Positions 55,859 through 64,000 of a stretch of 64,000 nucleotides of DNA are shown one piece after another. A program made the position numbers and the translations under genes. The notes under the pieces are model-generated. The model was not told where the DNA came from. It did not search any database and saw only the letters and a list, made by a program, of their open reading frames with translations. Origin of the DNA: Ignavibacteriota bacterium (GTDB lineage Bacteria; Bacteroidota; Ignavibacteria; Tepidaquicellales; OLB5); assembly GCA_003820375.1 (NCBI GenBank), contig RPQH01000001.1:36874-100873 (forward strand), read 5' to 3'. Numbering within the stretch: the stretch's first letter is position 1; every line of letters starts with the position of its first letter.

Positions 55859-58156
55859 ATGAGTAAAATCTTCAGTAACCTGTCAATTTTATGTTTGACC
55901 ATTATTATTTCAGCAAACTTATTTTCACAGCAGGATGTGCCTATACCCGGAAATACAGCACCAATATCGGAGATATTTTATAGTAACACCACAATACAGC
56001 AAATTAAACAGCCTATAAGCTTCTTTCAATTTACAGCTGAGCAGTGGAGGGCAAAAGTGGATTCCATATGGGGACCCGGTTTACCAACTACAACTAAGCT
56101 TCAGATATTCGATGCTTTCTGGAATAAGATAGATTCTTCGTTTGCCTGTTTTCATGATATTCCAGATAACTGGCTTGCATTAAAAAACCAGTACAGGTCT
56201 GAAGTTGCAGCCGGGGTAAGCAAAGGCAGGTTTGCTGCTATTATGAATGTACTTGCTCTTTCGTTAAAGGATCTTCATACTAACCCGTATGATAAGACAT
56301 TGTTTGCAACTTTGCCGGTTACTCCGGGAATGCCATTTCTCTATATTGGAGGATCAGGTACAATTACTCATATTGGCTTCGGTTTAACACCTATGCCTGA
56401 TAGTTCTTTACTGGTATATAAAGTAATTCCAAACCATCCTCTAGGCATACAACCCGGTGATATAGTGCTGGGATACGATGGGATTCCATGGAAAATCCTT
56501 GTTTATCAGTTGCTGGATTATCAACTGCCTTTTGGTGGACCTATAGGCAGCAGCCCAAGCGCTTTTACACACAATTTGTTATCGGCTGCAGGAAGAAACA
56601 GACACCTCTTCAATAATATTGATATTATAAAGTATTCAACAGGTGATACTGTTCATTTATCCACGGCTTCACTTTATGGCTTACCTTCCTTATTCTGTGA
56701 TGAACAGATGGATATTGCCGGAGTTCCAAAACCCGATTATAATGCAGGACAGTATGTATCATATGGAATAATGCAGGGAACAAACATCGGCTACATTTAC
56801 GGCTTGCAATGGACAGGCAATGCAGGTCAGCAATTTTATAATGCTGTACAGGCATTAATGCAAACCGACGGTTTAATTATAGATTTCAGGTCAAACTTCG
56901 GCGGTAATATGTTTCTTAGTGATTCAGCATTGAAAGTACTTTTTACATCGTCAATGCTAACAATTGACTGGGGAAGACGGACAAGTCCATCCAATCATTT
57001 ACAAATGACGCTTAATAATGTTTCCTCAAATTATAAAATTAAAGGTACACCTCCGGGATATTTAAAACCGATAGCAGTACTAACCGGACCCGGAGCCGGA
57101 AGCTCAGGTGACCAGGTTGCATTCAGAATGAAATTTCACCCGCGTGTGAAATTTTTCGGCAAACCTACAAACGGAGCTTTTAACAGCCCTGTATCACTTA
57201 ACCTACATGCTGACTGGCAATGCACTTATTCTCCGGTTGATGCCTTTGACATGGCTGCTAATAAATACCTCACTCATCTGGAATCTACTGTTGACCAGAA
57301 TGTTTGGCTGACAAAAGACGGGGTTGCCCAGGGAAGAGATGATGTTGTTGAAGCTGCCGTTACTTGGTTAAATCTTTTTTCGGGTACAGGAACAACGTTG
57401 CTAACAGATAATGCAGAGGGTGGATTTGGTAAATGGGTTACAAACCAGGGATGGAATGTAATTAAAAGCAATGCACATTCACCTGTTTACTCCTTTACGG
57501 AAAGCCCAAAGGGTAATTATAAAAATGGTGCAGATAATTCATTAACTCTGAAAAATTCAATCAATGTATCTTCTTACGATGCAGTTATTTTGAGTTTCTG
57601 GCATAAATATGCTACACAAACAGACAGGGATTTTTGCAGAGTTGAAGTCTCATCAAATAATGGTACAACATGGCAACAGGCAGTAAGCTATTCTGGTACA
57701 GTGAGTACATTACATGAGTGTAGAATTGATATAACAAGATATGCAAACCACTCCTCAAGCTTAAAAATCAGGTTCAGATTAACTGCCGATGCCAGCACAA
57801 ATGCCGATGGCTGGTATGTGGATGATATCGTAATGACCGGCTACAATTATGGAGGACAAGCTCCGTTTACATCAGATAATAATGGTAATCCGCAAAAGTA
57901 TTCTCTTTCACAGAATTATCCCAATCCGTTTAATCCTGCAACAAAGATTAACTATTCGTTAGCAGTTAACGGATTAGTGTCAATAAAGATATATGACATA
58001 CTTGGAAGAGAAGTAAAGCAATTAGTTAATGAAGTACAAAATGCAGGACAGTATAATATTGAATGGAATGCTTCTGACTATCCGAGCGGTGTGTATTTCT
58101 ATAGAATTGAATCAGGCAGTTTTAGTGAAACAAAAAAGATGATGCTGATAAAGTAG
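55859..58156 (+). CDS. Secreted S41-like peptidase-domain protein with a T9SS C-terminal sorting domain
   Basis: Signal peptide. LTGPGAGSSGDQVAF resembles the S41 serine block. C-terminal NYPNPFNPATKINYSL...SGVYFYRIE..ETKKMMLIK. Confidence 0.55.
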   Translation: MSKIFSNLSILCLTIIISANLFSQQDVPIPGNTAPISEIFYSNTTIQQIKQPISFFQFTAEQWRAKVDSIWGPGLPTTTKLQIFDAFWNKIDSSFACFHDIPDNWLALKNQYRSEVAAGVSKGRFAAIMNVLALSLKDLHTNPYDKTLFATLPVTPGMPFLYIGGSGTITHIGFGLTPMPDSSLLVYKVIPNHPLGIQPGDIVLGYDGIPWKILVYQLLDYQLPFGGPIGSSPSAFTHNLLSAAGRNRHLFNNIDIIKYSTGDTVHLSTASLYGLPSLFCDEQMDIAGVPKPDYNAGQYVSYGIMQGTNIGYIYGLQWTGNAGQQFYNAVQALMQTDGLIIDFRSNFGGNMFLSDSALKVLFTSSMLTIDWGRRTSPSNHLQMTLNNVSSNYKIKGTPPGYLKPIAVLTGPGAGSSGDQVAFRMKFHPRVKFFGKPTNGAFNSPVSLNLHADWQCTYSPVDAFDMAANKYLTHLESTVDQNVWLTKDGVAQGRDDVVEAAVTWLNLFSGTGTTLLTDNAEGGFGKWVTNQGWNVIKSNAHSPVYSFTESPKGNYKNGADNSLTLKNSINVSSYDAVILSFWHKYATQTDRDFCRVEVSSNNGTTWQQAVSYSGTVSTLHECRIDITRYANHSSSLKIRFRLTADASTNADGWYVDDIVMTGYNYGGQAPFTSDNNGNPQKYSLSQNYPNPFNPATKINYSLAVNGLVSIKIYDILGREVKQLVNEVQNAGQYNIEWNASDYPSGVYFYRIESGSFSETKKMMLIK

Positions 58157-58204
58157 ATTCTGTAAAGAACCGGGAAATGTTCCCGGTTCTTTATATTATA
58201 TAAT

Positions 58205-58810
58205 CTATATTTTATCTTTCCATAAAAAATATTTTTTAATCTGATAGAAATCCACTGCTGCTTTTAATTCCCATCCCCATTTTTCATAGAGCTTTACGTT
58301 ATTCTCATTTGCAGTATCAATTAAAATTCCTTGTGCCTCAGGAAATTTATTACACTCATTGATTAAGAATTTATTTAATGTCCTGCCAATTCCGTGTTTT
58401 CTGAAATTTTTGCTTACAGCCAGTTCATTTCCATAAAGATATTCTCCGTCAGGTTCATAGCCGCCGAGTCGTGCAAACTCGCCAATGTAATTCATCCTTG
58501 AATCATTTGCTTTCTCTCTCATTTTAGTTATGGATTCAATCATTTGTTCGCCCCATTCGTAGCTATCGGGAGTTGTGTATATAGTTACTCCGGCAAGTTC
58601 ATTGTTAGCAAAGGCACCTTTAAGAGTTAAGTTGAGCTTAGGAACCATATCATTAACAACAAATTCATACATTATCCGGGTTTGCCTTTTTCTTATTTCA
58701 TCTTCAGAAAAAGCGAATACAAATAAAGGGTCATCGAAAAATGCTTCAGCGAATATACTGATAGCATCATTAATTTTATCTGCAGGTATATCTTTAATTA
58801 CAATTTCCAT
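58205..58810 (-). CDS. GNAT family N-acetyltransferase
   Basis: AVSKNFRKHGIGRTLNKFL (acetyl-CoA-binding R/Q-x-x-G-x-G/A motif). Confidence 0.75.
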   Translation of the reverse strand: MEIVIKDIPADKINDAISIFAEAFFDDPLFVFAFSEDEIRKRQTRIMYEFVVNDMVPKLNLTLKGAFANNELAGVTIYTTPDSYEWGEQMIESITKMREKANDSRMNYIGEFARLGGYEPDGEYLYGNELAVSKNFRKHGIGRTLNKFLINECNKFPEAQGILIDTANENNVKLYEKWGWELKAAVDFYQIKKYFLWKDKI

Positions 58811-58819
58811 ACTTGAGTT

Positions 58820-59602
58820 TTATAATTCCAAACAAGCTTCAACTGCAAACCAAAACAAATTTTCTCTAACATCTGTTCTGGTTGTATATTGTCTTGAATC
58901 CCATTCATCGCAGCTCACATCATCTCCTCCGTAAAGTAATTGTGCAAATTTTATTTTTCTGAATTGAGCAACAGCAAAAAATGCCGCTGTCTCCATTTCT
59001 ACTGTAATGCAGCCCTCATTTCTTCTCAATATTACTTTCTTTGGTGTTTCTCTGTAATAAGCATCTGTTGTCCATGTTTTCCCTGTTATATATTTACAAC
59101 TGTGTTTATCAAGAGTTCTGATTAAAGCATCAACTGCTTCCTTGTTTGCACATGCCTCTCTTCCAGGGGGCATATAATGATATGAAGTGCCTTCATCCCT
59201 GACTGCCGAAACAGGTATTATAACATGTCCGACTGCAATATCTTTATTTAAAACTCCTGCACCACCACATGCAATGAACTTAGTGCATCCCAAAGCTATT
59301 ACTTCTTCAGTTATGCCGGCTGCAAGAGGAGCTCCAATACCCGGGTGAAAAACGGTAATCTTTTTACCCTGGAATTCAAGTTCGTAAACAGGATGCGGTC
59401 CTATTTCAGAATAAATATTTATTATCAATTTCAACTTACCTGAATTATCAAGCTTTTCAAATACTTCTCTGAAAAAACATATTACAGCATGTTCTGGTAT
59501 ATTGATTTTCTTAATCTTCCCGGATGGCTCAATAACAGCAGGAATTGAATCATCAAATTCGAGAATTGGAAATTCTTTATTTAATGTAATATCTTCATTC
59601 AT
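58820..59602 (-). CDS. PNP/UDP-family nucleoside phosphorylase
   Basis: GIGAPLAAGITEEV and ITVEMETAAFFAVAQF motifs. The start is moved to the internal ATG at 59602 (MNEDITL), which has AGGAG 6 nt upstream. The ORF-track start at 59704 would overlap the divergent promoter region. Confidence 0.7.
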   Translation of the reverse strand: MNEDITLNKEFPILEFDDSIPAVIEPSGKIKKINIPEHAVICFFREVFEKLDNSGKLKLIINIYSEIGPHPVYELEFQGKKITVFHPGIGAPLAAGITEEVIALGCTKFIACGGAGVLNKDIAVGHVIIPVSAVRDEGTSYHYMPPGREACANKEAVDALIRTLDKHSCKYITGKTWTTDAYYRETPKKVILRRNEGCITVEMETAAFFAVAQFRKIKFAQLLYGGDDVSCDEWDSRQYTTRTDVRENLFWFAVEACLEL

Positions 59603-59709
59603 AGGATGCTCCTCATGATTTTTTATCCTAATATACTGTAAAATTAGATTGATATAATTTAAAATATTTGTAATATTATTCAAATACCAAAAAATTTTCA
59701 GCAAAGTTT

Positions 59710-60807
59710 ATGAAAACAAAACTACTTGTTATAACCATCTTTATTTCTTTAATATTTTTATTCAGCTTTAATACATTTTCAGGACCAAGAAACATTACGA
59801 TAGAATTTTCCACCGGCACATGGTGCGGGTTCTGTCCGTGCGGAGAAAGAATTGCAGACAGCATACTTGTTACATATCCGAATACAGTTGTTATCGGATA
59901 TCACAGCGGCGGAAATGACCCGTTTGTAAATTTCCCCGGTACCCAAATTTTCGGAATGATGGGCTATACTGCTTCTCCTACTGCCTGTATCAATAGAATG
60001 AATCATCCCGGTAATTCTACTCATCCTTATATGTCAAGAGGGTTGTGGAAAGCACGTGTGACAGAACTATATACTACTATGCCAACCTCATCTGTTGATA
60101 TTGTTTTGACAGCTAAAAATTATAATTCTACAACAAGGGAATTATCGGTTACATTAAATGCAACTGCATCACAAACTTTGACAGGGCAGTATAAGATACA
60201 TTACATTATTACTGAAGATAATGTAGTATATGTTCAAAACCACTACCCTGAATGCGGTTACAACGGTTATGACAGTAACTATGTTCATAAGTGGATTCCA
60301 AGAGCTATAACAAACGGAGTAGCAGGAGAAATACTGAACAGCGGGGGAGTGTGGAATCAAAATCAGACTTTCACAAAAAATATGTCTTACATACTGGGCA
60401 GCACTTGGAATGCTAATAATTGTAAATTTTTAGCTATAGTTTATAAAGATTCTTCCGAAGGAATATTTGCATCTGTTGTTCAGCAGGCAGTTAAGCAGTT
60501 GATTACACAACCATTGGGGATTTCAAATGAAAAATATATTCCGGAAGAGTTTTCACTTTCACAAAATTATCCCAATCCATTTAACCCAACAACTAATATC
60601 AAATTCTCATTGCCGCAAGATACAAAAGGAAGCTTGAAGATATATGACATGCTTGGAAACGTAGTTGCCGTATATTTTGACGGATTCATGAAAGCAGGTT
60701 CATATAATGCAGAGGTTGATGCAGGCAGTTGGGCTAGCGGAGTATATTTTTATAAACTTTCAACACCGGAGTTTACTCAGACAAAGAAGATGATGCTTAT
60801 CAAATAG
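59710..60807 (+). CDS. Thioredoxin-fold (Omp28-related-like) secreted protein with a T9SS C-terminal sorting domain
   Basis: The protein has a signal peptide and the motif GTWCGFCPCG (CxxC). The C-terminus reads NYPNPFNPTTNIKFSL...SGVYFYKLS...TKKMMLIK. Confidence 0.6.
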   Translation: MKTKLLVITIFISLIFLFSFNTFSGPRNITIEFSTGTWCGFCPCGERIADSILVTYPNTVVIGYHSGGNDPFVNFPGTQIFGMMGYTASPTACINRMNHPGNSTHPYMSRGLWKARVTELYTTMPTSSVDIVLTAKNYNSTTRELSVTLNATASQTLTGQYKIHYIITEDNVVYVQNHYPECGYNGYDSNYVHKWIPRAITNGVAGEILNSGGVWNQNQTFTKNMSYILGSTWNANNCKFLAIVYKDSSEGIFASVVQQAVKQLITQPLGISNEKYIPEEFSLSQNYPNPFNPTTNIKFSLPQDTKGSLKIYDMLGNVVAVYFDGFMKAGSYNAEVDAGSWASGVYFYKLSTPEFTQTKKMMLIK

Positions 60808-60846
60808 TGAAATGGTGAGATAGTAAAATAGTAATAAAAGTGTTCT

Positions 60847-61224
60847 GTACTGTCAGTGTCACTCAAGAAGATTTACATAGGTAATGATATACAAAACTTA
60901 AAGGTAAAAGTTTCATTAATAAGAAGATAGAGGACACTGACAGAATAAGAAAGATCTCCATTAACACTATGGTTTAATTTTCTTTACGCCAAAGATGTTT
61001 ATACTTCTAAACCACTAATTGAAATTACAAGAATTCTTAATATAAATGGTCAAAGAACTCTTGCAGTACTATAGCTCTTCGGTAATTGAAGATTAAAAAC
61101 AATGGGCTAATTATAAATCTCCTTTTTCTCTCAGTGTCCTCTTTTTTCTTACTTATAAAATATTTCTTATCGGAAATAAATCAGTTATCTTTATCTAGAG
61201 CATCTTGAGTGACACTGACAGTAC
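60847..61224. mobile_element. MITE-like ~380-bp element bounded by 22-nt perfect terminal inverted repeats, with a second inner inverted pair
   Basis: 60847-60868 gtactgtcagtgtcactcaaga is the reverse complement of 61203-61224. The inner copies are gaggacactgacag at 60930-60943 and ctcagtgtcctc at 61130-61141. There is no ORF inside. Confidence 0.5.
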
Positions 61225-61989
61225 GCAATTCCCGGGTTATTTGTGAAGGGGAAAATAAAGATTATCTATAACTTCTCATTCTTAATTCTTTGCGGTCTTC
61301 ACAGCTTTGCGTGGTTGTACACCGGAAAAAATCAAAGTTGGGGTCAAAACAGAGCTAAGTTGGGTTCAAGTTGTGTCGGAGTTGGGGTCAAGTTGGCATC
61401 AAGTTGGGTCATCGTTTTCCAAAAACAGGGGTTAACTTATTGCAGTATAAGAAGTTAGCTCTGTCAAATTCACCGGGATGCTATGAATAAAATGGCGATT
61501 TTGAGCCGGAATCGCTAATTTTTCATCAAAATAAAACTTCACTATATCATTAACTAAAATAGCTATATGAATTTATAATATTGAATATTTTGTCGCTATT
61601 GTTGGAGAGTTAAAGTGATACTTAAAGGTATTTCCGGTTTATTTTTTCCGCATTCCGGTCTAATCACATATTGATTTTTCTTACTTCTAACCTCTGACAT
61701 CTAACTTCTTATAATTGTAAATCCTGCTAAAATTGACGGGATTGCCACGCTTCGCTCGCAATTGTGCTTAATATCCAAACTATTTTTATATAAAACTTGA
61801 CAATGAATAATCACTATATTAAATTATATTGATGGTGCTTATATAGCAGTATAAGCTAAAGCAACCGTTCTTTGTTAATATCGTTATTAGTTAAAGCTTG
61901 TCGTAACATTGCTGTTAAATGCTTCTAACGGATTTGGTTAGATTTTGAAAGGTTCAAAAAAATATGTACTGAAAAGTGCACTATCGTGC

Positions 61990-63369
61990 TCAGTGCATCT
62001 TCCCTCTTGAAATTGATGCAAAAATCCCAATAAAGCATAAAAAGCTAAACAAACCAAAGGCTATCCTGGCACTTGATATAAACGTTTCACTTATTTGCGG
62101 AGAAATCTCTGCTTTGCCTATTAATACAGAGAAGATTACAATAACAATTCCCATGCTGAACATCTGTCCTATCAATCTCATAGATGCAAGAGTGGATGAG
62201 GCTACACCATAATACCTTTTATCGACCGAACCCATTATTGCATTCATATTTGGTGAAGAAAAGAGTGCAAAGCCAATTCCAAGCACAGCAAGGTTTATAA
62301 CTATAATATAATATGGGAAGTTTGCGGTCAGAAAAACAAAAACCAGAAGGCATATAGTTATAAGTCCCATACCGGTTGAAGCAACATGCTGCGGCTCATA
62401 TTTATCGGATAAACGTCCTGTAAGAGGGGAGAACAATGCCATCATTAATGGCTGTGTGACAAGAATTAACCCGGCATCCTGTGGTGATAACAACTTTACA
62501 TGCTGTAAATATAAACTCATTAAAAAACTGATTGCGGAAGTTGCACTGTAATTTATTAATGCAGCTATATTGGAAAATGTAAATATTTTGTTTGATAAAA
62601 ACAATCTTGCATTAAAAACAGCATTTGATTTTTCTTTCTCGTACCTGAAAAAATAAAATAAACCGGCTAAACCTATTATAAGAAGAATATAACCATTTAC
62701 TTTAGGTAAAAAAGTGAAACCAAGCATTAATGAAATCAATGATAATACGTATATTAATGAGCCTGCTGTATCGAATCGTTCGCGTACATCTTCTTTCCAT
62801 TCAAACTTCAGCTTTAACCATGTAAAGAATATTAAAACGATTCCCAAAATCAGAGTGATATAGAATATATAACGCCATCCGATTGTTTGTGTTATAAATC
62901 CTCCGATAAAAGGACCGGTTGAAAGGCCAATGTAAACAGAGGCAACATTAATGCCGATAACTTTACCCCTCTGATTCGGCGGAAAAGCAGAGACAAGAAT
63001 TGCAGTGGAAGTTGTAAATATCATTGAAGAGCCAACACCCTGCAAACCCCTGAAGATAAGCAGCAACTCACCTGAATTTGCTATACCGCAAAGAAATGAG
63101 CCAAAAGTGAATATTATTATTCCAATTTTAAAGAATTTCACTCTTCCGTACATATCGGAAAGCTTACCGACCGGAACAAGGAAAACAGCACTTGTTAATA
63201 AGTAAGAAGTTGCAAACCAGCTTAATAAAACGGCACTCACATTAAATTCTTTTCCAATGGCTGGAAGTGCGACATTAATGGATGAACCCATGAATGCAGT
63301 CATAAAGGCAGTAACAGTTGCAATAATCAGAATAGAGGTTTTGGAACCGTTCTCAGTATTATTGTTCAT
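61990..63369 (-). CDS. MFS transporter, DHA2/EmrB-like (14-TMS drug:H+ antiporter family)
   Basis: GKLSDMYGRVK (MFS motif A-like) and ~14 hydrophobic segments. Confidence 0.75.
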   Translation of the reverse strand: MNNNTENGSKTSILIIATVTAFMTAFMGSSINVALPAIGKEFNVSAVLLSWFATSYLLTSAVFLVPVGKLSDMYGRVKFFKIGIIIFTFGSFLCGIANSGELLLIFRGLQGVGSSMIFTTSTAILVSAFPPNQRGKVIGINVASVYIGLSTGPFIGGFITQTIGWRYIFYITLILGIVLIFFTWLKLKFEWKEDVRERFDTAGSLIYVLSLISLMLGFTFLPKVNGYILLIIGLAGLFYFFRYEKEKSNAVFNARLFLSNKIFTFSNIAALINYSATSAISFLMSLYLQHVKLLSPQDAGLILVTQPLMMALFSPLTGRLSDKYEPQHVASTGMGLITICLLVFVFLTANFPYYIIVINLAVLGIGFALFSSPNMNAIMGSVDKRYYGVASSTLASMRLIGQMFSMGIVIVIFSVLIGKAEISPQISETFISSARIAFGLFSFLCFIGIFASISRGKMH

Positions 63370-63474
63370 AATATGTATGCAATCTACAAAATTATGAAAA
63401 GAAAAGTTCGGATAAAATGAAAATGCGGAAGGTCAATCTATATTATTTTGTCAATAAAGAAATGTATAGCTGAA

Positions 63475-63894
63475 TTACTTAATAAACTCTAAAATTTTTT
63501 CTGAATTTCTTGTATCCAATTTATTGTTTCTTGATTTTATTTCAATAAGTACATCATCGATTTTGCCATTGAGATGTTTTTTCATATTTCTGAACATACT
63601 TCCGGTAGCAAGCTTGTATGTAGTGAAGAGTCCTACTTTTTTATTTTTCAAATCCGGTAATGTATTAGCAAACTCAATCCAAACTTTTTCAGGGTGCTGC
63701 AAAATCAAGAATAAGCCGCTTGTCCAGCAGCCGAGAAAGATGTAATCTGCATTAAGTACATCATCATTTTTGGATTCAATTATTGATACAGCTTTAGCAT
63801 CAATATTATTTTCATTTAAGAAATTGCTGATGTTTTCAGCAAATGATTTTGTCTTTCCTGTTTTACTGTTATAAATAACAAGAGCTTTCTTCAT
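63475..63894 (-). CDS. Flavodoxin-like protein
   Basis: MKKALVIYNSKTGKTKSFAENI (FMN phosphate-binding loop, S/T-x-T-G-x-T). Confidence 0.65.
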   Translation of the reverse strand: MKKALVIYNSKTGKTKSFAENISNFLNENNIDAKAVSIIESKNDDVLNADYIFLGCWTSGLFLILQHPEKVWIEFANTLPDLKNKKVGLFTTYKLATGSMFRNMKKHLNGKIDDVLIEIKSRNNKLDTRNSEKILEFIK

Positions 63895-64000
63895 TTATGA
63901 TAGAGTTTATTTGTCGAGGCGTAATACAAATTGAATAATAAATAACTCAAATTTCAATACAAAATACCCGGTTGAAAGGTAATAAAAAAATGAGTAAATT

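Noticed and set aside
58820-59602. The PNP/UDP-family nucleoside phosphorylase as a Detocs-type ATP-nucleosidase effector.
   Set aside because: It lies 34 kb from the kinase/REC cassette, in the GC-richer backbone. It has no receiver domain and looks like a stand-alone metabolic enzyme.
61243-61458. 71-aa ORF in the 60.8-62.0 kb intergenic region.
   Set aside because: The sequence is a translation of the 11-nt tandem repeat (..SWGQNRAKLGSSCVGVGVKLASSWV..). It shows no RBS or coding signature.

Overview
The window has two parts that differ visibly in composition.

**Island (nt 1 to ~39.4 kb).** This part is very AT-rich, roughly 30% GC by eye (not computed). It looks like a mobile defence island.
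- It ends in two tandem tyrosine integrases and two tRNA-derived fragments.
- It carries a type III-D(v)-like CRISPR-Cas effector operon: an HD-less GGDD Cas10, Cas7, Csx10/Cas5 with a Cas11-like tail, Cas7-2x, a Csx19-like protein and a Cas7-insertion protein.
- A Card1/Can2-like CARF nuclease leads that operon.
- A Cas6 fused to a truncated reverse-transcriptase remnant is present. No cas1 or cas2 is visible anywhere in the window.
- About 85 CRISPR repeats are split into six arrays plus one orphan repeat. All are read as minus-strand transcribed, because only that orientation gives the canonical AUUGAAAC 5' tag.

**Candidate accessory modules, interleaved with the arrays.**
- A three-gene cassette: a giant histidine-kinase-like GHKL protein, an unknown 212-aa protein, and a REC-REC protein with a C-terminal HEPN-like RNNIVH motif. 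Its architecture resembles a two-component defence system (Detocs-like) with an RNase output. This is my top candidate for a novel system.
- An operon of a 4-TM coiled-coil protein, a vWA lipoprotein and Csx3 fused to a P-loop ATPase, located between two arrays.
- An NE0113-type CARF / AAA+ (bEBP-like, no GAFTGA) / HTH regulator next to a HerA/FtsK-like ATPase.

**Unusual features of the arrays.**
- There are two repeat families and chimeras between them.
- Four repeats carry a 25-nt hairpin inserted into the repeat loop.
- Two kinds of inter-array leader-like elements occur, one containing AATTNNN heptad runs.
- One spacer is duplicated in tandem.
- Two spacers in different arrays hit the same inferred coding sequence.

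**Backbone (39.5-64 kb).** This part is visibly more GC-rich, about 40% by eye, and looks like ordinary chromosome.
- It encodes transporters, oxidoreductases and two paralogous STAND-TPR NTPases.
- Its secreted proteins carry T9SS C-terminal sorting domains. From this I infer an FCB-group host (Ignavibacteriota or Bacteroidota-like).
- It also holds several small decay features: a frameshift, GNAT gene fragments and a MITE-like inverted repeat.

All functional calls rest on motifs read by eye. No database search was run.
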